A stretch of DNA of 32,000 nucleotides, taken from assembly GCA_031316235.1 (NCBI GenBank), contig JALDRA010000001.1, positions 3,450,001 to 3,482,000 of the forward strand, read 5' to 3'. Shown here piece after piece: positions 16,457 to 23,991 of the stretch (position 1 is its first letter; the number at the start of each line of letters is the position of its first letter). The translations under genes were made by a program, and so were the position numbers. Below the pieces are notes generated by a model. It was given only the letters and a program-made list of their open reading frames with translations, did no database searches and was not told where the DNA came from. This DNA comes from Candidatus Scalindua sp. (GTDB lineage Bacteria; Planctomycetota; Brocadiia; Brocadiales; Scalinduaceae).

Positions 16457-17875
16457 TTGACTTGTGTGGTGAAAAGAAAGATAGAGTCATCCGATAACTG
16501 GAGAGCTTTATTTTATGGTTTTTTAGACACCCGATTGGATAAGATTGAGGAAGAGTACTCAATGGAAGATTTAGGAGAAATCTCAAAAGCTGTTTTCGAA
16601 GAGAGAGCGGAGATATTAGGACAACTGATTCTTGGGTTCATAGAGAGGAAATTTGGACATTTATTGAATCAGCAAAGCTGCGATTGCCCCGAATGCGGCA
16701 AGGGTATGCAAAGACAAGGAAAACAATCCAAGACTATCCAAACCCTTGCCGGACAATTTGAATTAACCAGGCCTTATTTTTATTGCAGAGCGTGTCGTTT
16801 AGGATACTATCCTTTAGACGAAGCCCTTGGATTGTCTGAATCATCGAAGCAATATGATGTGCAAGATGTGGAAGCCTGGTTGTCAAGCGAAACGGCCTAT
16901 GAGACGGCCAGCGAAACCTACGAGAGAATAACCGGAGTAAAGCTGAGTGAACATCATATGCATGAGACCACGAATGCCATTGGTCAAGAAGTGGGAATTT
17001 TGGATGTCTGCCCGCCCAGGGAAGAGATTGATAAGCAGATAGAAAACCTCTCAGTGGATAAGTTTCGTCGTCCCATTATGATGCTTGCCCTGGATGGAGC
17101 CCACGGGCCGATGCGTCCCGAGCCAAGTCCTCACCCCCGTAAAGGGAAAAGAGGCAAGGGAGAATACAAAGAGATTAAAGGTTTTAGACTGTATCTCATC
17201 GATGGTCAAACTATTATTCATTTAATTAGCTGGCACCAGGTTTGTGCAGATCACGAATTAGCAGAATACTTGGTTAAGATCAAAGAAGCCGGGCTTATTC
17301 CCCACGAGAAGATACGCCTGGGAATTATAGGAGACGGTGCTCCCTGGATCTGGAACCGATGTAAAGAAATATTTCCCTCGGCAAAAGAGATTCTCGACTA
17401 TTACCATTGCTCGGAGTATGTCCATGGTGTAGCCAATGCCCATTACGGAAAAGAGACAAGAGAGTCTCTACAGTGGTGTGAGGCGACTCTGACAAGAATA
17501 TATTATGGTTACCATGAAGAGGTGCTTGGCGGTCTTGGAAAGATGAAAGCCCGAACTCAAGATATTCAAGATAAAATTGACAAGTTTTATACCTATCTCA
17601 CAAATCATTGTGAAAAGATGGATTACAGTTCCGCCAAGCGTGGAGGATATCACATTGGCAGCGGTGCTATTGAAAGCGCCAATAAATTCATTAGCCATAC
17701 AAGGCTTAAACGATCAGGAGCTTGGTGGTATATCCAAAACGCTAATAACATACTCAAGATCAGATGCGCGAAATATAACGGTACTTACGATAAAGTTATC
17801 GAAAAATACAAAAGGGACGACCAGGAAAGAATTAAAAATAAAAAATTTAAGAGAAGTCTTCGAATTGTTAAATAA
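16457..17875 (+). CDS. ISKra4-family (UPF0236-like) transposase
   Basis: It has a zinc-ribbon-like CDCPECG...CRAC segment, DGAPWIWN, LDYYHCSEYV and HIGSGAIESANKFISHTRLKRSGAWW blocks as I remember them for this transposase family. An aaggggg SD precedes the TTG start. The stop lies just inside the right inverted repeat. Confidence 0.85.
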   Translation: MTCVVKRKIESSDNWRALFYGFLDTRLDKIEEEYSMEDLGEISKAVFEERAEILGQLILGFIERKFGHLLNQQSCDCPECGKGMQRQGKQSKTIQTLAGQFELTRPYFYCRACRLGYYPLDEALGLSESSKQYDVQDVEAWLSSETAYETASETYERITGVKLSEHHMHETTNAIGQEVGILDVCPPREEIDKQIENLSVDKFRRPIMMLALDGAHGPMRPEPSPHPRKGKRGKGEYKEIKGFRLYLIDGQTIIHLISWHQVCADHELAEYLVKIKEAGLIPHEKIRLGIIGDGAPWIWNRCKEIFPSAKEILDYYHCSEYVHGVANAHYGKETRESLQWCEATLTRIYYGYHEEVLGGLGKMKARTQDIQDKIDKFYTYLTNHCEKMDYSSAKRGGYHIGSGAIESANKFISHTRLKRSGAWWYIQNANNILKIRCAKYNGTYDKVIEKYKRDDQERIKNKKFKRSLRIVK

Positions 17876-17902
17876 ATTTTACAATAAATTGGGAATGCAC
17901 CC
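17876..17902 (-). repeat. IS right terminal inverted repeat
   Basis: Its reverse complement matches 15693..15719 at 24/27 positions. Confidence 0.88.
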
Positions 17903-17910
17903 ATTATTTT
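17903..17910. repeat. target-site duplication, right copy (ATTATTTT)
   Basis: It is identical to 15685..15692. Confidence 0.85.
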
Positions 17911-18086
17911 TCAGTAAATGAGTTCAATAGCTCCGTTCTCAACTTTTCCTTGCTCTTTTAATAATACAAAGATAGAATATCAAACATCTTATGCCTGTTA
18001 TTTCTTTATCTGTACGGTGGAAATTATTGAAAAAACGTGAAGATCTTTACTATTTCGAAGAGAGAGAGAAACCGCTGGGATGAAGA

Positions 18087-19613
18087 ATGATTCTATTTCT
18101 AAGAAAAAAAATGAACTCTGACTTACATTTGATTTACGATTATGAAGAGGCGCTGGGAAATGTATGTAATGTCCTGTTTTCGTTTGATGTGAGTGGAAAT
18201 TTGCTATCCTGGCACGATTCCGCTGAAGAGTTGTTCGGGTATCTCAGAGAAAAGGTGGCAGGGAAAAACGTACAGACTCTTTGGCCTCAGAAAAAGCATC
18301 CGATTGCGGACAATATGGTAGATGTACTCCTTAACGGTGCAGCAACATATGAGTTTGTGAACGAGACACCAATCTCCGGAAAATCGGCATCTCAAACTAT
18401 TACCACAATTCCCATCAGAGACCAGAGCAGTAAGGTAATTGGTGCAACGTGCGTTTCTGCGTATATGACTCACAGCAAAAAGTTTCTGCAATCCGTTTTA
18501 GACGGAATTGAAGACTCCATAAAGATCGTTGACAGGGATTTTAATATAATTCTTTATAATGAAAAGGCTGCAAAAGAAAAAAATGGTACGGTAAAAACCT
18601 TAATAGGGAAAAAATGTTATAAAGAGTTCTGGAGTAATAATGAGCCCTGTTCTCACTGTGTTACACGGAGATGTTTTGAGACCAATAAACCTCAACAGAC
18701 GACGGATACGTACCTGTTAAAAGAGAAAAAAAAGTATATGGAATTTTTTAGTTTTCCCATTAAAAATGAATCTGGCAAGACTGTTTATGTTATTGAATTT
18801 GAAAGGGACATAACCGAAAGGGAGGAATTAGAACAAAAAAAGGAGAAACAGAGAGAAGAGCTTGGAAAAATTGTACGAGAGCTTCAACTTGCCTATAAAG
18901 AGATTCAGTCTATGCAGAATAAACTCCTCCATGCGGAAAAATTAGCATCGGTAGGTCAGATTACGTCATGTCTTGCCCATGAACTGGACAGTCCTTTAAC
19001 AACAATCTCCGGATACTGTGAACTGATTGAAGAAGATATACAGGACGAAAATACCCTTTCGAGGTTGGAAATTATTTCCAATCAGGTGACACGGTGTCAG
19101 AAAACCATCCGGGGAGTTCTGGATTATGCAAGAAAATCAAAAGATATAAAAACGTTTCAAGATATCAACACGTTAATAAAAAAGACAATTTCTCTTATGG
19201 GATACGTTCTCAAGGTGAACAGAATCCGTGTTGTTCTGGATCTGGACGATAATCTGCCGCGAGTGCATGTGCAGGAAAACCAAATGCAGCAGGTTTTCTT
19301 CAACCTGCTGAGGAATGCGATAGACTCGATGCCAGATGGAGGAGAGATTGCAATATCAAGTTTTAAAAAGGATGGTAAAAACCTGCAACTTACCGTTAAG
19401 GATACAGGTCATGGAGTGTCAGAGGCTGAGCAGAAGAGCATTTTTGAACCCTTCTTTACGACCAAGGACCCGGGGAAGGGGACAGGCCTCGGGTTGAGTA
19501 TCTGTACTGACATAGTCAGAAGCCATGGAGGAAATATTACTGTGGAAAGCAGAAAAGGTGAAGGTGCAAGTTTCATCATAATTTTACCGGTAAACAATGA
19601 GAAGATTGCATGA
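18087..19613 (+). CDS. cytoplasmic dual-PAS sensor histidine kinase (NtrB-like, classical HisKA)
   Basis: It has two PAS-like regions; the second carries C177-x10-C188-x2-C191-x4-C196. The H-box is SCLAHELDSPLTTISGY. The ATPase motifs are NLLRNAIDS, DTGHGV and GKGTGLGLS. No TM segment is present. The start could be 18087 or 18111. Confidence 0.88.
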   Translation: MILFLRKKMNSDLHLIYDYEEALGNVCNVLFSFDVSGNLLSWHDSAEELFGYLREKVAGKNVQTLWPQKKHPIADNMVDVLLNGAATYEFVNETPISGKSASQTITTIPIRDQSSKVIGATCVSAYMTHSKKFLQSVLDGIEDSIKIVDRDFNIILYNEKAAKEKNGTVKTLIGKKCYKEFWSNNEPCSHCVTRRCFETNKPQQTTDTYLLKEKKKYMEFFSFPIKNESGKTVYVIEFERDITEREELEQKKEKQREELGKIVRELQLAYKEIQSMQNKLLHAEKLASVGQITSCLAHELDSPLTTISGYCELIEEDIQDENTLSRLEIISNQVTRCQKTIRGVLDYARKSKDIKTFQDINTLIKKTISLMGYVLKVNRIRVVLDLDDNLPRVHVQENQMQQVFFNLLRNAIDSMPDGGEIAISSFKKDGKNLQLTVKDTGHGVSEAEQKSIFEPFFTTKDPGKGTGLGLSICTDIVRSHGGNITVESRKGEGASFIIILPVNNEKIA

Positions 19614-20986
19614 AGGCTAAAAAGAAAATTCTTGTGGTTGACGACGATGTGGCGCTGTCTGATATGTGCAAAGAGCTTTTGAATAACCGAGGTTATGATG
19701 TGGAAGCTGTTTATAGCGGTGAAGACGCCTTGAAAAAAGTGAAAGAAGATAATTACTCGATTGTGATTACTGATCTCATGATGCCTGGTATTGATGGCAT
19801 AGAGCTGATGAAAAATATTAAACTCCTGAATGATCGAATTGACGTTATCGTAATGACAAGCTATGCAACAGTCAGTAATGCCGTGAAAGCCATGAAATTA
19901 GGGGCTTCCGATTATATTACGAAGCCTTTTAAACGTGACGAACTGACTTTGATTATTGATAAGATCTTTCAGATGCAGTCCCTGGAAAAAGAGGTGCACC
20001 GATTGCGTTCTGAACTGGATACACAGTATAAGTTTGGAAATATCATTGGGAAAAGTGCAAAAATGAGAAAGGTATATGCCCTCATAAACAGTATCAGTGA
20101 TACGGAGGCCAATGTACTCATTCAGGGTGAGACAGGCACGGGAAAAGAGTTGGTAGCCAAGGCGATACATTATAACAGCATGCGGAAGGATGGTCCTTTT
20201 GTTAAGGTAGATTGTGCGTCTCTCACTGAAACACTGCTTGAAAGTGAACTTTTCGGTCATGAAAAGGGCGCTTTTACGGGTGCAACAAAAGACAGAGTTG
20301 GAAGGTTTCGGATGGCTGATAAAGGAACAATCTTCCTGGACGAGGTAAGCAATATTCCCTTTCAGACTCAGGCAAAGCTGCTCCGTACATTGCAGGATTA
20401 TGAATTTGAAGCAGTAGGAAGTGATAAGACATCAAAGGTAGACGTACGCATAATAGCTGCATCAAATTGCGATTTGGAGTCGTGCATACAGAAGGGGACA
20501 TTCAGAAATGACCTTTTTTATCGACTGAAAGTTGTGACCCTTAATCTCCCCCCGCTCCGCGAAAGATTAGATGATATATCACTTCTCTCCGACCACTTTA
20601 TCGTGAAATATTGTAAAAAGAATAATCGTGATATTAAGGGTATGTCACGATCAGCATTACAGAAATTAATGTCTTATCACTGGCCGGGTAATGTGAGGGA
20701 GTTGGAGAATCTGATCGAAAATGCGGTTGTTCTCTGTAGTTCAGATATCATCCAGGATGATGATATTCAACTACCAGATGAAAGATCTCTCCTGCCTGTT
20801 GATACAAAAGGAAAATCATTTCGTGAAATGATTGATGTCGCAGAACGAAGGATCATAAATGATGTATTGAATAAGGTTAACTGGGACAAGGATAAAGCTG
20901 CCCGAGTATTAAAGATCTCACGGGCGAGTCTATACAATAAGATAAAAAAGCATAATATCCATGTGGTGTTTGATAAGAGCGAGTAA
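19610..20986 (+). CDS. sigma-54-dependent response regulator (NtrC family: receiver + AAA+ + Fis-type HTH)
   Basis: It has a receiver (ILVVDDD, VITDLMMPG), Walker A GETGTGKE, the GAFTGA loop (EKGAFTGA), FLDE, and a C-terminal HTH (ARVLKISRASLYNKIKK). An ATGA start/stop overlap links it to the upstream kinase. Confidence 0.93.
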   Translation: MKAKKKILVVDDDVALSDMCKELLNNRGYDVEAVYSGEDALKKVKEDNYSIVITDLMMPGIDGIELMKNIKLLNDRIDVIVMTSYATVSNAVKAMKLGASDYITKPFKRDELTLIIDKIFQMQSLEKEVHRLRSELDTQYKFGNIIGKSAKMRKVYALINSISDTEANVLIQGETGTGKELVAKAIHYNSMRKDGPFVKVDCASLTETLLESELFGHEKGAFTGATKDRVGRFRMADKGTIFLDEVSNIPFQTQAKLLRTLQDYEFEAVGSDKTSKVDVRIIAASNCDLESCIQKGTFRNDLFYRLKVVTLNLPPLRERLDDISLLSDHFIVKYCKKNNRDIKGMSRSALQKLMSYHWPGNVRELENLIENAVVLCSSDIIQDDDIQLPDERSLLPVDTKGKSFREMIDVAERRIINDVLNKVNWDKDKAARVLKISRASLYNKIKKHNIHVVFDKSE

Positions 20987-20987
20987 T

Positions 20988-21099
20988 TATACTCATCTCA
21001 TAATGGTTTTCGGATAAAATCCGAGATAGAATGGAGCGAGTATACCTTCACCAGGATTTGGTTTTCAGAAAAACCGAAAACCAAATCGGTTTTAGTATA
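20988..21099 (-). repeat. modular palindromic intergenic element, copy 6 (inverted, canonical A+C)
   Basis: Its reverse complement is near-identical to copy 1. It starts 2 nt after the activator stop codon. Confidence 0.92.
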
Positions 21100-21244
21100 G
21101 TGTGTGAACGAAAACCCTGTGTGTGAACGAAAACTGTCCAGGTACAAGGAGCGCAATAAGTACGTAACCGGAGCGTACTCAAGTACGTGAGGATTACGTA
21201 CTTATTGCGGCAACACCGTAGATGGGTAGTTTTCGTTCACACAC
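21100..21244. repeat. 145-bp nested palindrome with 16/17-nt terminal repeats (GTGTGTGAACGAAAAC x2 direct, x1 inverted)
   Basis: The 16-mer occurs at 21100..21115 and 21119..21134. A 17-nt perfect inverted partner pairs 21119..21135 with 21228..21244. An inner 16-bp perfect stem pairs 21152..21167 with 21194..21209. The innermost pairing is cgtact/agtacg. Confidence 0.8.
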
Positions 21245-21331
21245 TAATTAGTTGCAAAACAAGACTCTATAGTTTAGGATAGCTTTTTTAGAGAGGTACT
21301 ATTTTATTAATGAGAAATGAGGAGAATTATT

Positions 21332-21526
21332 ATGGCAAGAGTTAAAACTTTCGGGTCGCAGCTAAAAGTGTTTCATGTAAAAGAGGAACTGGACGCCCTT
21401 GATAAGCAGGTGAATGACTTTATAAAGGAAAACAATATAGAGAAGGTGATTTCAGTGAGCGATACTACTACGGCAGGTGCTGATTCCGGTACCATAGGTG
21501 TAATACGAGTAGTTGCCTATGAGTAA
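21332..21526 (+). CDS. small hypothetical protein (64 aa from MARVKTF)
   Basis: A gaggag site lies 8-13 nt upstream of the ATG at 21332; the ORF-track start is 21317. The sequence has a compact, non-repetitive composition. I do not recognise a family. Confidence 0.5.
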   Translation: MARVKTFGSQLKVFHVKEELDALDKQVNDFIKENNIEKVISVSDTTTAGADSGTIGVIRVVAYE

Positions 21527-21804
21527 AGAGAAAGTTCAGGGGACCTTTCGGTAAAGAAGTAGTTCCTTTTGTCAATAGTGCAGCAAAGGGGTTGCTGCCG
21601 GAATGGGGACATAAAACCTTGTGATCACCGTCCAGGATACAGAACAGATTTTACGGATTCAGGGCTCTTCGAAAAACCGGCTCACAATCATTGGAGCGAT
21701 CACTGGAGAGTTAGTCGATAAAATGGGTACTGTACCCTTACAAAGGGAAATCCGGGGTGTTATTACCTGTTTTGTTCTATACTGCGGGCAACCCCGCCTG
21801 CAGC

Positions 21805-23022
21805 CTATTGCGTGTTCTGCCCGGATCTCAATTTTGCATAAAGCTTTTGAAGGGCATCCGCAAATTCAATCCCAAATTCCTCACATTTACTCAGGATCGT
21901 TTTATCTGCAGTCAGCTTTATCTTTAATGAAGGCTTATGCAGCCTGATATGGAGACCGCTTAACCTGTCCTCCATCATTCTGGTGGCCTCCCCGCTCCAG
22001 CCAAACGATCCAAATGCAGAACCCAGGAGTATCATTGATTGTACTGAAGAGATGAGGGAAAGTGCATCCCACACCGGTTTCGGAACATCTCCGGCAATGG
22101 TGGGAGATCCAATGAGGATGCCATCTGCCTTCTCAAGATCATCTCTTATCTTTTGGAAATTGGTCTCCATAATGTCAACTAATGTAACATCAGCGTCTCT
22201 TCCTGATGCTCCTTTTGCAATAGCATCTGCCATTTTCTCTGTGTTGCCATAAATAGTGGTGTATAAGATGAGAATGTTCTTTCTTTCCCTTAAACCTGTT
22301 TCACTCCATTTTCGCCAGTTTTCGATATACTTTTTTGGGGTTTTTCGCAGAACGGGGCCGTGACCTGTTGCAATAATCTCAATTTTTAAATCTTTAATCT
22401 TGTCAACAGCCTTCAGGACATAAGATTTATAGGGACGCATTATACAATCAAAGTAATAGTGTTGATAAGAGTCAAAATTTGACATGAGGTCGTCGAATAT
22501 TCTTTCATCGCAATAATGAGAGCTGAAGACATCACAGCTGAAAAGTATCTTTTCCTGTTCCAGGTAGGTGAAAATAGTATCCGGCCAGTGTAAATATGGG
22601 GCAGGAATAAACTGTAAATCATTTGTGCCGATAGTGAGCCGGGGGCAATCCTCAATCGTTATTACATCAACTGGTATCGTGAGCAGGCTTTTCAGCAGAT
22701 GACCTCCCGATTTTGATGCAATGATCTTTGCGTTTTTCGCATATTTTAAGAGCTCTTGCAGTGATCCGGAATGGTCTGGCTCGGTATGACTCACAATAAT
22801 ATAATCAATAGTTTGAGGATCGGTAAGATCGTTTATCTTAGAGAGGAACTCATCGGTAAATTTACCTTTGACGGTATCGATCAAAACAGTTTTTTCATCT
22901 TTGATAAGATATGAGTTGTAGGTTGTTCCATGATCAGTTTCGAAAACTATATCAAAGATCCTCATATCAGGTTCCAATGCCCCGACCCAGTATATATTGT
23001 CTTTTAAATTAATAGAGGCCAT
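21805..23022 (-). CDS. fprA: flavodiiron protein (metallo-beta-lactamase-like diiron domain + flavodoxin domain; O2/NO reductase)
   Basis: It has the SHTEPDHSGS di-iron ligand motif, ATGHGPV, and a C-terminal flavodoxin-like ILILYTTIYGNTEKMA...IGSPT. The 405-aa length is typical of class A FDPs. Confidence 0.88.
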   Translation of the reverse strand: MASINLKDNIYWVGALEPDMRIFDIVFETDHGTTYNSYLIKDEKTVLIDTVKGKFTDEFLSKINDLTDPQTIDYIIVSHTEPDHSGSLQELLKYAKNAKIIASKSGGHLLKSLLTIPVDVITIEDCPRLTIGTNDLQFIPAPYLHWPDTIFTYLEQEKILFSCDVFSSHYCDERIFDDLMSNFDSYQHYYFDCIMRPYKSYVLKAVDKIKDLKIEIIATGHGPVLRKTPKKYIENWRKWSETGLRERKNILILYTTIYGNTEKMADAIAKGASGRDADVTLVDIMETNFQKIRDDLEKADGILIGSPTIAGDVPKPVWDALSLISSVQSMILLGSAFGSFGWSGEATRMMEDRLSGLHIRLHKPSLKIKLTADKTILSKCEEFGIEFADALQKLYAKLRSGQNTQ

Positions 23023-23108
23023 ACTCTTGTGGTGGTAGAAAATTACACCTGATTACTCTTTGTTGCCCTTCTCTGCTCAGGCGATTACAGGGATTGTAAT
23101 CCTTCTTG

Positions 23109-23128
23109 TTAAATGTTGCAACATTTAA
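23109..23128. promoter_or_regulatory. perfect 20-bp palindrome TTAAATGTTGCAACATTTAA upstream of fprA (candidate operator)
   Basis: The sequence is exactly self-complementary and centred about 96 bp upstream of the fprA ATG. A second hairpin/palindrome, gattaca-gggat-tgtaatc, lies at 23083..23101. Confidence 0.35.
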
Positions 23129-23555
23129 TATTAGCTAAAACTCCTGAGAAGACTAAGATAACTGATTTTTAAGCCTTAAATCACCTGAATTCGACGACAA
23201 ACACCCTTTCTTTCAGGAGAGAAAATTTATAGCTATGAGATATATAAGATAGATACTACACAGTATACCGAAAAATTATGGTTTAACATACCTAATTTCT
23301 TTGAAATTGTGAAAATATTAAAATATATTTCTTCACGGCAGATGCTGAGAACGTGTAATTGAGGTTTATTGCTACCAGTAATTTGTGTGCAGCCGGGTAG
23401 AGGAGATCTTGTGCTCTCTCTTTGGAGAGCGATGACGGATGTAAACGCTGAAGTGAAAGCTACATAACGGTTTATCCTCCATAATACTCACTTATTCTAC
23501 CAGGGCAAAGGTGAAAAATTTTTCCAGCAGATCTGAGGGGAAAGAGAACGCAATC

Positions 23556-23927
23556 TCAGGGCGATAACTTTTTGTCTACTTCATCGAGTAATTTTTCCTT
23601 GGTGAGATACGGCTTTTCAATGTAGACAACATTTGGATCTAACTTTTTTAGGTTTTTATACTGTTTTTGTGAGCAGGCACTGATTATTATTACGGGAATA
23701 TCTTCGTATTCCGGCATGCCTTTGAGGTGTAAGAAAAACGTGTCTCCTGTTACCATATCCATAAGCATGTCCAGCAGTATCAGATCAGGTTTCGTCTCTT
23801 CCAGCTTCATCATTGCTTCATCACCATCATAGGCAAAAATCAGATCGTAATCTCTCTCTTCAAATATTGCAGCATACAGTTCGTGAAAGGCTTGTTCATC
23901 CTCTACTATCAGTATTTTCTTCGCCAT
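23556..23927 (-). CDS. single-domain CheY-like response regulator
   Basis: It has ILIVEDE, DLILLDMLM and a YIEKP motif. It lies 64 nt downstream of the kinase 23992..25908. Confidence 0.9.
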   Translation of the reverse strand: MAKKILIVEDEQAFHELYAAIFEERDYDLIFAYDGDEAMMKLEETKPDLILLDMLMDMVTGDTFFLHLKGMPEYEDIPVIIISACSQKQYKNLKKLDPNVVYIEKPYLTKEKLLDEVDKKLSP

Positions 23928-23991
23928 ATCTTCCCCTTTTATGAAAAATTTAATCTTGATATAATGACAATTTCAAAATGAATGAAACAAA

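Larger units (their letters stand above)
15693..17902 (+). mobile_element. ISKra4-family-like insertion sequence (2210 bp) carrying a methyltransferase passenger gene
   Basis: It has 27-bp terminal inverted repeats matching at 24/27 positions, flanked by an 8-bp direct repeat. It encloses two co-oriented ORFs, a methylase and a transposase. Confidence 0.88.

Noticed and set aside
21100-21244. Integron attC site or intrinsic terminator interpretation of the nested palindrome
   Set aside because: There is no integrase nearby and the ends do not fit the RYYYAAC/GTTRRRY cores. No U-tract follows either arm, and a 145-bp structure is far larger than a terminator.
21621-21947. 108-aa plus-strand ORF
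   Set aside because: It overlaps the 3' end of the well-supported fprA gene on the opposite strand, and it has no motifs or RBS.
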